Program-made: the position numbers and the translations under genes
Source of the DNA: Eledone cirrhosa
Lineage: Eukaryota
DNA length: 64,000 bases
Reading direction: 5' to 3'
Assembly: GCA_964016885.1 (NCBI GenBank)
Contig: OZ024742.1
Span: 177,382,001-177,446,000 of the forward strand
Shown here: one piece after another, positions 26,275 to 40,631 of the stretch
Layout: each line of letters begins with the position of its first letter
Numbering within the stretch: position 1 is the stretch's first letter
Notes under the pieces: generated by a model
Told to the model about the DNA's origin: nothing
Seen by the model: only the letters and a program-made list of their open reading frames with translations
Databases searched by the model: none

Positions 26275-26808
26275 GTTAGGTCGCTTCTCAAGTGCTACTG
26301 GTAACATGTAACCCAGTATAACCTGTCTCATGGTCGCGCTGTTGGAGATTAAAGCAAGCTAGGTGAGGAGGGTGATATTTGGAGACCCTGCGGAATGAAA
26401 TACAAGACCCGGCAAAGGGTGGAGGAACTCAACAGAGTCAACGGCCATGCATTAGTAGTTTTTTTTTGTTTTTTTGTTTTTTTTTCACCTGGGAGTGAAA
26501 GGCCCCCAGTTTCTAGGAGAGAGAAACTCTCCAAAAAAACCTGCGACTTCGGAAGCATCCAATTATGTTGACCAGTTCTCTTTTTCGGGTAGTGTTTTCG
26601 GTGCTCAGAGTGGGGTTGGCCGAGTGCAGGGCCATTCCCCACTTAAAAAAACCTTCAAAGCACAGGCATTGCTTTTTCAGGATATGTTACAGGTTCGTGT
26701 GGCTGGTCGTAGTCTAAAAGTGCACCAAACTCTATAATCTGATAAACGATTGCAATACTCTTAGCAGAGTTTTGCAATCATAATGTATTATGCATTTGCA
26801 GTCATCAT
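26275..26808 (+). mobile_element. Non-autonomous family N, copy B
   Basis: Same blocks as copy A plus ctaggagagagaaactct; flanked by (TATG)n-like repeats. Confidence 0.55.
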
Positions 26809-26889
26809 GTATTATGGGTGGATGGATATATGAATGTATCAATGTATGGATGGATGTATGCATGTATGGATGGGTGGATATATACACGT

Positions 26890-27560
26890 ACTTCTGGTTA
26901 TGATTTTCAAGAGAGCCATTTTCTAACCTACAAATAAAGCTGTTTCATTAGAATTTATACATCATCCAAATAATTATGCATATCTGTATCTGTGTATGTG
27001 TGCAGGTATGGATGTCATTGGATGTATAGATTTGAATGTTTTGAATTAAATATGTGGAAGTATGTATTTGTTTATAGGACTACATGTTTGTATATGCACT
27101 TATTATATGGTAAATATTTAGAATGTTTCATATATTTTTACAGTTCAATTCATGAAATGTACTCGTAATTTCCTAATTAGCAGGGGAATATCTTGTTGTG
27201 TGAAGCCCAGTTTCAAAGTATCTTTGCTGAGGCAGACAATAACATATCCAAATTCTCCAATGATCAGAACTACAAATCTCAATCTATAGTTTGGGTAGAA
27301 TATCTGCAGGCTCCTCACTAGTTCAGTATATATATTCTCATTTTCACAAAGTTTTAACATTAATATTAACATATGCTAGATAGCTGCTTTCTTCACTGCC
27401 CCATATAATTATGTCTGGGAACTTACTTCACCGGCGTTTTGACTGGAACATTACACTAATATTCTTTGATGTTATTTGTGATTGGCTGTAACATTTTGAC
27501 TATTCTTGCTTTGGTCTATCATTTTATGGATTGCAATATTTTGGGTTATAAACATTATTT
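26890..27560 (-). mobile_element. Second, more decayed R4/Dong-type 3' fragment
   Basis: ENENIYTELVRSLQIFYPNYRLRFVVLIIGEFGYV parallels the C-terminus at 22700-22880; the 3' UTR at 26890-26965 resembles 22385-22480. Confidence 0.75.
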
Positions 27561-27810
27561 CATGACAGAGAGCTAAACGGTGTATGGGGCTATCCCCGAA
27601 AACCAGCGGTGGTAGTGTTCATTTCTGTTAAATACGACTTATTTTCTATAGAGAAACACGTTAATGAAGCTTCTCACTAACATTTCATCGTTTCGAAACA
27701 CACGCTTTCATAACTAAATACTACTACATGCATGCATACACACACACGCACACACACGCACACCAATATATAAATATATATTATTTACATTATATTATAC
27801 ATACATTATT

Positions 27811-28149
<339 letters not shown>

Positions 28150-28700
28150 TTATACGTGTCGAAATTTTTGGCGCATGGCCTCGTTAAATGGCGCCTGATA
28201 AAGTGATTTACAAAACGGCCAGACTCTACGTGTATTCGGAATTTTTCCGTTGCTTATCAGAAAGATTGACTGGCAAAAGACAAACCAACAAACATACCTG
28301 ATTTAGTAGAATCAGTTGTTTTATTATAAACATCCAAGAGCTACTTGCAGCACTGGGTGTGCCAACAAACTGATAAATATTCAAACCTCAGGCAGATATT
28401 TCAGTAAGAAGTGAAGCGCAATGCTGATGTGAACACCTGCATAGAGATACACAGTGCTCTATTGATAGGAAAGATAAAAGTGTCTGAAGGAATAAAACAC
28501 GTATGTGTGCGTGTATTGGTTGTCAAGGGTAGCTAGATAGACACAAGTATCTGTGTATGTGTAGTGAATATGCGTATTTGAATATATGCATTCATGTGTA
28601 TGTATGTTTGTGCGCGTGTCTGTAACTTGTTGAATGCGTATATGCGTATGTAAATAAAGTACAAGTCAACAGGTTATAATTAACTTCATGTATTATTAAA

Positions 28701-28755
28701 CGCAGTTATATATATTTCGGTGATAACCGTTAGTCAACAATTATGACCTCATCAT
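28701..28755 (-). ncRNA. Hammerhead motif truncated at the 5' edge of the core
   Basis: Minus strand (a)TGATGA ggtcataattgtt gact aacggttatcacc GAAA tatata TA actgcg; the 5' strand of stem I is replaced by microsatellite. Confidence 0.6.
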
Positions 28756-28852
28756 AATATATATGTGTGTGTGTGTGGTGGGGGGCGCGTTTGTATGTGT
28801 GTGTGTTAAGCGACAATAGAGTAGTCTCAGCAATACAATAGAAAATATAAAA

Positions 28853-28891
<39 letters not shown>

Positions 28892-29084
28892 TATTGGCAC
28901 GGGACTGAGGAGCTACCCATTCCAGAATCAGGATCATCATTAATCGATCGTTCCTCCAGCTGATCGGCAGTAAAACATAGGCAGGGGAACAGGTCCTCGA
29001 TTCATGAAGATCACTTTTTTATCCGTTCTCTTGTCACTTCAATTTTTTGATTACCTCATTCATTGTAACTATATTGTGTAAGAC

Positions 29085-29162
29085 GCTATTTGAAGAGAGC
29101 ATGACAGTGGCTTCTACGCTGAATTGCGCAGCCAATGTCGTCCTCGAAATATATATCATGGC
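29085..29162 (+). ncRNA. Type I hammerhead ribozyme (C3U variant)
   Basis: Stem I gctat/atggc; core TTGAAGA (29090-29096); long stem II gag.atgaca.tggct / agcca.tgtcgt.ctc; GAAA; palindromic tatata; AUC site at 29157. Confidence 0.65.
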
Positions 29163-29324
29163 TTTAACAATAAAGGACTTTATCATCTAGATGTTGTATT
29201 TCCTTATTCCATAAATACTCCGTCACTCCTGTGGGAAAAATGCACTCGTGTTCTTGAATTGAATTACATCAATTCATTTTACTATATATATATACACACA
29301 CACACATATATATATAATCTGTTA

Positions 29325-29435
<111 letters not shown>

Positions 29436-29559
29436 AGGAGGTCAGTTTTATTGTAGTACAATAAAGCAATGCAGATATCGGATAAGTAGCACTCTACAAT
29501 TTGTAGGACTGGAGTATAAAAATATATGAGATCAAAAGATGGTTAAAAGAGTTCCATGT

Positions 29560-29628
29560 ATTTTATTATGCGCATTTCAAAGACAAATATCATCATGCGA
29601 TAACATTTGCGTTTTCGTCAGATAAAAT
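29560..29628 (-). ncRNA. Type I hammerhead ribozyme, canonical core (left arm of inverted repeat)
   Basis: Reverse complement of 29725-29793 with one substitution in stem II. Confidence 0.85.
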
Positions 29629-29724
29629 AGGGAGACATAATATGAAGGTTAAAAAACTGATTTAAAACTGATTTAAAACTGCACTATTCACAAGTGTTGT
29701 TTAACCTTCATCTCATGTCTCCCC

Positions 29725-29793
29725 ATTTTATCTGACGAAAACGCAAATGTTATCGCATGATGATATTTGTTTTTGAAATGCGCATAATAAAAT
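29725..29793 (+). ncRNA. Type I hammerhead ribozyme, canonical core (right arm of inverted repeat)
   Basis: Stem I attttat/ataaaat; CTGACGA (29732-29738); about 15-bp stem II; GAAA (29775-29778); palindromic tgcgca; AUA site at 29786. Confidence 0.85.
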
Positions 29794-29816
29794 ACATGGA
29801 ACTCTTTTAACCATCA

Positions 29817-29847
<31 letters not shown>

Positions 29848-30075
29848 GTATATATATATATGAATAAAATTAGTCCTTCATCAGTGATCTTCCAACTTTC
29901 ATTGGTATTTCATCGCTTTAAAAATCATATACCTCTGGTTGGTGCGAGCAATAACTAAATAAAGTTATTGGGACAAGTAAAATAGGGTGAAGCGAGCGAG
30001 ACATGTAAACAAACAAATATGGTATTGCAACGGAAAGATAGGAAGAGACAAGTACATGATATCTGTAAGCTTAAG

Positions 30076-30123
<48 letters not shown>

Positions 30124-30413
30124 CATATATATATGTACGGCTAATAATTTGGGCAGCTTGTTTACAGACAAACCGAACATTATAATAAATGTTCGGTAAC
30201 ACCATACGTATATATATATATATATGTGTGCATGTATGTATATATATACATACTAATGTACGTATCTACGTATATATTTATGTATCAGCCGTACTAAGAG
30301 TGAGACATGAAATTTTATTTTTTTCCATATATACATATGAAGTTGTGTTAACAATATTAACAATAGCTCTTAGCAAGCAGCTGCTCTATGTATGTGATGT
30401 GTGTGTGTGTGAG

Positions 30414-30447
<34 letters not shown>

Positions 30448-30606
30448 TATATAAACATACATATATATATACATATATATACATATATATATATAAAATA
30501 AATATATATATATGTGTATATATATATATATATATAAACAAGGTTTAGCAAATAATGAAAAAGTTTCAAAATAATTTTTTAAAAATTGACTTTACCTACT
30601 GTAGTT

Positions 30607-30669
30607 ACCTTTACCGATCGGTTTCGAATCCCAAAAATAAACGGAGGCCATACGGCCTTCGTTGCAAAG

Positions 30670-30671
<2 letters not shown>
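30607..30671 (-). ncRNA. 3' half of a hammerhead motif
   Basis: Minus strand hairpin aacgaaggcc-gtat-ggcctccgtt..GAAA ccgatcgg TA aaggt; the 5' core is replaced by (TA)n. Confidence 0.5.
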
Positions 30672-30722
<51 letters not shown>

Positions 30723-30863
30723 AAAAGTGTAAGTTTCTACACAAAACGAAGGTTATAGAGAAAATTGAGGTTGGTAATGGCACATGGAATATGTAAGAGA
30801 CAGAATACTTTTTTGTGAAAAAACATATAATTTTATAAGGTAAGGAAACAATAAAGGGTATAA

Positions 30864-30911
30864 AAAATGACCGGTTTCGATGGATCTGCAAAACCCATCT
30901 TTTCAAATGTT
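30864..30911 (-). ncRNA. Hammerhead motif with a U3-A8 core
   Basis: Minus strand aacat TTGAAAA gatgggttt tgc agatccatc GAAA ccgg TC atttt. Confidence 0.55.
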
Positions 30912-31224
30912 GATTAATATAAGAAAAATTAATAATAAGAAGAGAAGAGTTAAAATTTGAGATTTGAAAATTCAAGTATAAAATTCAGTGTGGGATTTCA
31001 TAGTAGTTTTCATCTTGGTAGCAGCAAGTTGACTGCTGTGTGTCCCTTTCTGGTAGTGAATGAGGAATTAAGGTCAGATTTAGCAATGGCCAGATGGCCA
31101 GCTGCTGGTCAGTGAGGGGGTGGAAGCAACATACATACATATATCTCCCCATGTGGTCGGTAGGGGAGGGGAGAGTGATAGAAAGGGATTTAGTGCACTT
31201 ACACCTATATATACACATACCCTC

Positions 31225-31246
31225 ATCCACACACACATACATATAC

Positions 31247-31295
<49 letters not shown>

Positions 31296-31484
31296 TACAC
31301 ACACACACACACATACATATACATACACACATACACACACACACACATATATATACACATACACACACATATATATACACACACACACATATATATACAT
31401 ACACATACATCCAGATACACACATACATACACACACACATACACACACACACATACATACACACATATATATACATATGTACAT

Positions 31485-31517
<33 letters not shown>

Positions 31518-31800
31518 CACTCACACATACATACGCACACACATATATACATACACACATACAAACACACACACACATATATATCCACACATACACACAC
31601 ATATATATATACACACACACACATATATATACATACACATACATCCAGATACACACATACATACACCCACACACACACATATACATACACATACATACAG
31701 CCACATGCAATAACATACACACACACACACATACACATACATACACCCACACACATAGAGAAAGGCCTCCAAATATATATATATACATACATACACATAT
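31225..31800. repeat. Compound (CA)/(TA) microsatellite with an internal duplication
   Basis: catacatccagatacac occurs near 31405 and 31640. Confidence 0.9.
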
Positions 31801-32123
31801 ATCTTTTCCATAATATAAGAAGTTAGAACAGTGAAATTAAAATACAAGTCATTCTGATCACATTGAGTTCTTCATGGAGATTGGGCCCCGCAACCGCCAG
31901 TGGTGAATTCTGTGTGCGCATATATATATAGATATATGTGTGTGCACGTGCAGGGTTTAACATGGATGTGTTGGTCACACAAAGGCATGGTCTGTCAACG
32001 AATAAACCTGATTCTACAGAATTGGTCTCTGGTCTTTAATAGTAGTGATAATTATATACATGAACACATACACACACATATATGTCACTCCGGGCGTATG
32101 TGTGTTTATATTTTATGACAATT

Positions 32124-32650
32124 CTATAGGGGTGATAACCCGTTTAGTTTTGGTTTAAATTTGTTAAGGAATAGATTTTCTTTGTTTATTCTTTGTTGCT
32201 GTGTGAACGAATCTGAGCACTTGTAGAAGGGGAAGATTTTAAAGTTGGGTAGTGTCACACCTGCGCAGTTCGCAATATGGCTTCTCAACGGGATTTTTCT
32301 TGTGTTAGCGTCCCGGATTTGTTGGCGGTGGATGGTCATTCTTTTGCGTAATGAGGCGTCCGTCTGTCCTATGTAGTTGTGTTTGCACCCACCGCAAGTT
32401 ATTGCGTAAATCATGTTCTCCGAGTTGCAGGTGAAATTGTTTTTTACTGTAAATGTTTGGCCATCTTTAAATGTAAATTTTTGTCCTTCAGTGAGTTAGA
32501 GGCACGTTCCACAGTTTGTTCTACCACATTTGGTAACTGTAGGGTTGAGGATTGGTTTGGGTATATTTGGTCCAGTGAGAATGCGTTTTAGTGATTTGGG
32601 TTGTCTTTTACTTTTCAGGATCTTGTATGTTTCAAGAATAGACTTCATTT
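32124..32650 (-). pseudogene. Neptune-type PLE GIY-YIG endonuclease fragment
   Basis: SKRQPKSLKRILT, CGRTNCGTC, IYAITCGGCKHNYIGQT, RMTIHRQQIRD, KFKPKLN. Confidence 0.85.
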
Positions 32651-32674
32651 TTACATATTTAAGTAGGATGAAGT

Positions 32675-32820
32675 AGGATGAAGTTGTGTTAACAATGTTA
32701 ACAATAGCTATTAGCAAGCAGCTGTTCTATGTACGTGAGTATATATATATATATACTCACACACATAGAACAGCTGCTTGCTAATAGCTATTGTTAACAT
32801 TGTTAACACAACTTCATCCT
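32675..32820. repeat. Inverted repeat with about 65-bp arms centred on (TA)n
   Basis: aggatgaagttgtgttaac..gtgagta(TA)ntactcac..gttaacacaacttcatcct; a related single arm lies at 30337-30412. Confidence 0.85.
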
Positions 32821-33524
32821 TTTATTTGGAAAGTTGACGCGAATTTCTAAAAACAAAATGCTATAAGACTTTAATTAGTTCTTATCAAAATAAATGCCGA
32901 TTCGAGGAAATAATTAATGCTGGTAATTGTATACAGATAGCAAATATTGCATTTAAATGGATAATATTTTCATGTTGTAAAAGATTTCGTTCCAATCGAT
33001 TAAAAGGATAAATTGTTTTAAATCTAGTGCAGATACATTGTCTATTGTTTTCTGTAAAATCTGTAGACTTTATACTTTATTATGTATATATTTTATTAAA
33101 AAGTCCCTGTGGATCTTACATGTCGTTGAAGATTGAACATTTCTCTCAATATTTCTCATTATAATTAAGATTCAACAAGAAAAGCGAAAGATAAATACAA
33201 CTTATATATGTTGGGAAATTTTGTTTATCGCTGGTTGATCCTTTATAGTATATTGCACCTTCAACCTTGGTAGTTTTTAAAGACCAGCTTTAAAATTTCT
33301 CCTCTTTTAGTGTGGTAGTTTTTACCTTGGAGCAAATAACCCCTAAAAGTGGGGACACATTGATGAATGCTTTACATAATGGCAATGCTGTTGTGGGAAC
33401 TCCGTTGATTTCACCGAAGAATGACACGGTTGATTCACTCAATAGAACAGCCTGTTCGTGACATTAACGAGCCAGCCTTGTCATCATAGCTTGTGTCAGT
33501 CTGAATCTCTATGAGTATTTCATT

Positions 33525-33870
33525 AAATACAAAGTTAAAGACCCGCTTCCGGTCACGAATGACCATGGGATTTGCACCTTGAAAGTTTCCCTCGGAGGCA
33601 CAAGTCCGGGCAAGTTTGTTTGTGGAAGACCAGCAGTACCCATGCATACCAGACTCCTCGCTTCACGCCAGCGGTATTGTCCATATGAAAGGCAATGGTC
33701 GATATAGCATGGCACTAGTAACATCGGAACTCATTTCTGTAGCTGGGTGAAATGGAACCACGTGAAATAAGGTGTCTTGCTCAAGGACACAACGCATCAC
33801 ACGGTCTGAGAATCGAACTTACAACCTTCCAATAGCAAGCCCAATGCACTAACCAGTAAGCCCTGCGCTT
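33525..33870 (-). mobile_element. tRNA-derived SINE with a CORE-like domain (family S2)
   Basis: Minus strand A-box-like ggcttactggttag, B box gttcgattc, tgtgtccttgagcaagacac; related copies at 58429-58640 and about 44100-44180. Confidence 0.75.
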
Positions 33871-34078
33871 TTATATATTATATATGAAAGTGTGAGGGAG
33901 AAAGAGAGAAAGAGTGAGAGAGATGGAAAATTGTATATGCAGATACATATATATATATATATATATAGGTAGATAGAACACTGGTGGTTAATATACGCAG
34001 TAGTAGAGCACTCAGTCAGAGGTGACACAAATTGATCTCGGAAATGGTGGAACTACTTCTATATATATATATATAAAC

Positions 34079-35000
<922 letters not shown>

Positions 35001-35024
35001 TATATATATGTATATATATATATA

Positions 35025-35634
35025 TGGTGGCTGCCAACTCGTTTTCGAGTACGGCCACTACTTTATATCCATGTAGGAGAACCCCTACTGATGCGCTGAA
35101 CGAGTGTGACTTTTTAGTCCAGCCAGCGACTTGAAAGCTCTGGTACAAACACTACACTTGTGACAATTATTGACACATAGTGCTGGGCCCATGGTACCAT
35201 GTGACGACAAATGCAGAGAGATCTCCAGATATAAAGCAATGCCTGTGCCGTGAAGCTTTTATAGTGAGCAAATGCACTGCACAAAGCCAGTCCCACTCTC
35301 TTAACCAAGATGATATTTACCAAAAAGAAGAACAAGTCAACATCATTGGATACCATCAGGGTTGCAGGTGTTATATCAGAGTTTTCCTTCTCCTAGAATT
35401 CTGCCTTGACAAAGGCTAAGGGGTCATCTCTCCCGGTGATTTTGGATGGCCATTGACTCTTAAGAGCTCCTTTGCCTTTTGACAGGTTTTGTTTTTAGTC
35501 CTGCAGGATGTCCAAAGTCACCCTCCTCACCAAGAAACCTTGGTGGGGTTGCCAGTTTAGTCGCCAACGACCCGACCATGGGACAGGTTGTACTGGAATA
35601 CATGTTACCAGTAGCACCAACTGGTGACCTGACA

Positions 35635-35636
<2 letters not shown>
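35025..35636 (-). mobile_element. Non-autonomous family N, copy C
   Basis: Minus strand gtgctactggtaacatgta, ggtgaggagggtga, ctaggagaaggaaaactctga and gcacaggcattgc are shared with copies A/B; flanked by (TA)n. Confidence 0.6.
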
Positions 35637-35682
<46 letters not shown>

Positions 35683-35732
35683 TATATACATATATCAAAA
35701 TAAAGATCCGAAGGCATGTTATAACTGTCCAA

Positions 35733-35821
35733 TCATTTTAATCACGACACATGTTTCAATAAGAGATTGATCGATCATGCGGTCATGATCAATTATCACT
35801 GATCTTGTCAGGTGAAAATGA
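35733..35821 (-). ncRNA. Type I hammerhead motif with a G8A change
   Basis: Stem I tcac/gtga (extendable); CTGACAA; long stem II containing attgatcatg/catgatcgat; GAAA catgtg TC. Confidence 0.65.
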
Positions 35822-35850
35822 ATTGTCTTCAAATGTTTGATATGAGGGAG

Positions 35851-35921
<71 letters not shown>

Positions 35922-36714
35922 TATATATATATACAGTGAGAGAGAGGGAGAGCGTCGGTTATGGAGAAAGATAAAAAGTTATTCTTTAAATGTATACAAT
36001 GCGCACCCAATTCCATTTTAATTTCATGAGCAGCCTGTTACCTGATTTGAACAACTGGAACACTCCTGGTCGAAGCTGACGGAGTTCAATTTCACGTGTT
36101 ACTTTAAAGTGATGGAAGAGCTCTATATATGGCCAAAGACAGATAGTCATCTTATACAACTTCTATGGCCAACGATGAATCATCCACGAGACCCTTCTCC
36201 TCAGGGAAAGAATATTGAGTAATCCTCCCCTAGATATATTGATATATTGTGTATGAAGAAAAGCCGGATTGACAAGACTACAATGCCTTAAATCATAGTC
36301 TGCTCGATACGATATTATCTGAGTCTAGACAGTATATACAAAACATTGTGGATCATATTTCAATTTGCTCTTTATCACTATGTTCCCATGTCTTATTACA
36401 TAGATATATTGTAAACAATGGCAGTGTTTAAAAGAAATCTTCCAGTGCCTCAAAGCTATTGCTATTTAACCACTAGACAAGCAGATGTTATTCTCCAAAC
36501 ACTCTTTCTTATCGATAGATGGATAGATAGATAGATAGATAAATAGATAGGTTGAGAAAAAGAAATATACATAGACATATGAGAGAGATTGGGGTAGAGA
36601 AGAGAGAGAAATACAGATATATGTATGCATATCAAACATGAAAATATATTAAAAATCTAACCTTGTATTTCCGTATTTCTGTAAAAACTCAGACGCGCAT
36701 GCGCATGCATACAA

Positions 36715-36754
<40 letters not shown>

Positions 36755-37746
36755 CACACACATGCATATATGAAAATACACATGTAGGTAATGATAACAT
36801 TATTTACTCTAAACATATGAAATGTAATATTGTTCACCTAATTTTTTTGTTTATTGTTTATTTGAAAACAAAACTGAAGCTAATAAAAACAATATTAAAA
36901 TAAATCAGACGTGGAAAATATTTATCTAAATAAATAAATATTGGCCACGTAGTGTAATTTTACTAGTCAAACGAGCAATGGTTTTATCCTTGCTGTAATA
37001 AAGAATAAAATTTAATATAGAATAAATTTCAACATTTTATTTGTTCCAAAAACCATATGAAATAGTTTTTCATGTATTTCTATTCTAATATAAAGGTTAT
37101 ATATCCTGCAGACTGTGTAATAAACAGTGTTTCTGTTGCGTCTTTATTACTAGATAAGCATTAAAACAATATCAAATTGAGAATATAAATCCAGTTTATG
37201 TAGTTTTATAAACTATATGTATTTTTTCATTGTATATTATTTCACAAAGTTTTGTTTGTGATTCTTTTGATTATTATTTATTATGCAAATGGTTCATTTT
37301 TTTTTACTTATATATTTTTTTATCTGTGTTCTCAAATCAATTTCACATTACAAACATATAATGGCCCCTTTTATATAATAGTGTAACTCAAGGCAAGGTT
37401 GATAGAAAATACGAGTGCTAGTCAAAAATTTAATCGTTACAATTCGAGTAGTTATTTCAAAAAAATAAATATATATTTCATTCAAAACGTTCCATTTTTA
37501 TTTACACGATTCGGTTTTATTTGTATATATTTGTTCCATTTTCACTATTGTTTTGGTTCTACCGCAAAATATAATTATTTATTAGCGTTATAAGCAATAT
37601 TTTATAACAAGTTTCAACAAAAACATCAATCTCTAATAATCTATAAATACATAAATATCAACCGATGAATTCATACCACCCACATATATATGCATATATG
37701 CATATAGTTAAATATAAATATATATATAATATGCATGTATATTATG

Positions 37747-37777
<31 letters not shown>

Positions 37778-38100
37778 GGGTTTGTGTATGTGTGTGTGTG
37801 ATGTGCATACTTCTGTGCATACATATATAACACATACATATATATAGCTGCATATACATTATAATACATATATATATATATATAGCTGCATATATACATA
37901 TATGATAATGTGGTTACTTTCAGAATTTTCGATTCGATTTTATGTGACACAGTTGTAATTAATTTAATCATTTAACACTGATTACCATATTGAAACAAAC
38001 ATTCCTATTCATTTATCATTTAATAGTAAACTGCGGCGGTGTACGTTTGTATATATATATATATGAAACTGTGTGTATATATAAATATACACAAACACAC

Positions 38101-38138
<38 letters not shown>

Positions 38139-38177
38139 GTGTGTTTGTGTATATTTATATATACACACTGTAATATA

Positions 38178-38215
<38 letters not shown>

Positions 38216-38248
38216 ACTGTGTGTATATATAAATATACACAAACACAC

Positions 38249-38304
<56 letters not shown>

Positions 38305-38699
38305 GTACACCAACGCAACGCAGTGTATATATATATATATATATACACACACATATATATATATAAGGGGGGGGGGGGGGTGCGCGCGTTTGTGAGTGTG
38401 TATGTATATATAATATATGTATAAGAGTGAATTTTCTGTTTAACAGAATTTTATTTACATACTCGCTTCGTACTTGTTCTGGTATTAGAATTCCCCGAAT
38501 CTACAGAGAGTTACGCAATATGTAGCTCGTCTATGATTCTATTAGCTTGTTAGACGCTAGTCCGGACGGAGTGTGCAATATGCCGTTTGTCTAAAGGCTG
38601 TCATCTAGGATACTGACGTCTAGCATATTCCCCCCGATACATTAAGAGATAAATTAAGTATGAAAATGATCACATCTTGAAACGAAGAGTGGCAGGATA

Positions 38700-38701
38700 C
38701 A

Positions 38702-38763
<62 letters not shown>
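38700..38763. repeat. (TAAA)n microsatellite
   Basis: Direct reading. Confidence 0.95.
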
Positions 38764-38765
<2 letters not shown>

Positions 38766-40240
38766 ATAGCACTAAAGTTCCTTATTTGATTAATCCTCTG
38801 CATGATGCGTGTTTAAGTTCGTTGATATTTCTACTTCGAACGTAAATTAAAAAATTAATTACCCGCTTAGCTAACTCACGCTTCTTATAGGAAATGCTAA
38901 AATTAACTGTAGTTAGAATTCTTTAAACAAGTGTAATAATGCTTTTTAACATTGCCACAAGGCCAACAATTTGGAGGATGTGGAAATGTGTTTATATCTT
39001 CACAAGTACATAACTGGTACATTATAGTATATACTAAAATTAACTATGGTTTGAATTCTTTAAACAATTGTAAAAATGCTTTCTAACACCGGCACAACGC
39101 CAACGGTTTCGAAGTTTCGTTAATATTGATATCAGATATAACTGGTTTCGTTAATATTGATATCAGATATAACTGGTGCATTATCTATCAACCCCGTAAT
39201 GATGAAGAGCAAAGTAGACCCCAACAACTGTTGTAAAAAGAATGAACTTCAAAACTTTTCTGAAAAATGTAACTATTTTAATAAAAAAGAAATTGTTTTC
39301 GAAATATGCTTCAATTTAAACTTCTGCTATTATTGTAGGAAACACTATAATTGACGGGTATGGTTTCATATGAGGATCTATTATGTTCTAATGGTGGTCA
39401 ATGTGAAATTATCTGATTGTTCCAGTTTTTGAGCTGGTCATTTAGTGCATACAAATTGTAATTAGGATTGTTTATGCTTCTATATGTAAAATTTCATTTC
39501 ACAAATATTCCATTACAATAGGAGTAATTGGCACCTATTTATTTTATTGTCGTCGGCAGAATTTGAACTTTCAGTGCATAAAGGGATGTACCACAATACC
39601 ACAAGTCAAAATACATTCAAACGACTTCAACGTTATATTGAAACCCCGTTGCAGTATCTGTTTTCCGGACCACTACTGCTAACACTAATACGATTACCAC
39701 ATCATTTAAAACTATTAAAAGTTGTTTTTTCGAAAAACATTATCAGACCTGTACATTAGCTGCAGACGTCGATTGGATCAAGATTACGTTATATCCTTGC
39801 TTTTTGATTTATATCGTTTATCCTCTAAAAATGCCATGAGATGTCAGAAAATCAATTTTTGTTTCTTATGTTAATACCGGTCTCTAGTTGTTGTGCAGAA
39901 TAACAACATAAACAAACAGAAAAATATATTTAGAAAATAAAACATGTAACATATACACAATAACTGCTTAAACTTCAGAATATATTGTATATATTTACAT
40001 ATAATGTAGGTATGGTACCTTAACTCCTGATAGGGTTGTAGGGGCGTCGTATTAACATACGACTTTTCTTGAGCATTTTAAGCCTGGCAGGGCCCATCTT
40101 TCTGCAGGCCTATTATATAATATTTCTTCACATATCTACGGGTGTTTGAAGTCTCATATATCCTCATCGGGGTTGATCCAGACTCAGTAGGTCCGCAATG
40201 GGCACCCAGAATATAACATAATACAATATAGTATAATATA

Positions 40241-40631
40241 ATTGTTTCTACTTTTAGCACAAGACCAGCAATTACCCAGTGTATTACTGGTAGTTTATTT
40301 TATCGACCCCGTAAGGATGAAAGGCAAAGTTAACCTCAGCGGGAATTGAACTCAGAATGGCAAGGGCCGTAACTCTATGCGTCAAAGCATGGCGTCCGAC
40401 CATCTACCGATACTGCCAATCTTATAATATAATATAATATAATTCTTTCTACTTTTGGCACAAGGCCAACAATTATCACAGTGTATTTCTAATACTTTAT
40501 TTTATCTACCACGTAAGGATGAAAAGCAAAGTTAACCCCGGCGGTATTTGAACTCAGACCATAAAGGGCCGTAACTCTTTGCTGCAAAGCATGGCGTCCG
40601 ACCCACTACTGATACTGCCAATCCACCGCCC
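40241..40631 (-). mobile_element. Two tandem S1 SINE copies (40241-40401 and 40441-40631)
   Basis: Reverse-complement matches to 9140-9324. Confidence 0.85.

Noticed and set aside
28190-28225. ctgataa..caaaacggcc as a decayed hammerhead
   Set aside because: Needs two core changes and the stems are unconvincing.
30173-30198. 10-bp hairpin accgaacatt/aatgttcggt
   Set aside because: Flanking core-like words are too degenerate to call.
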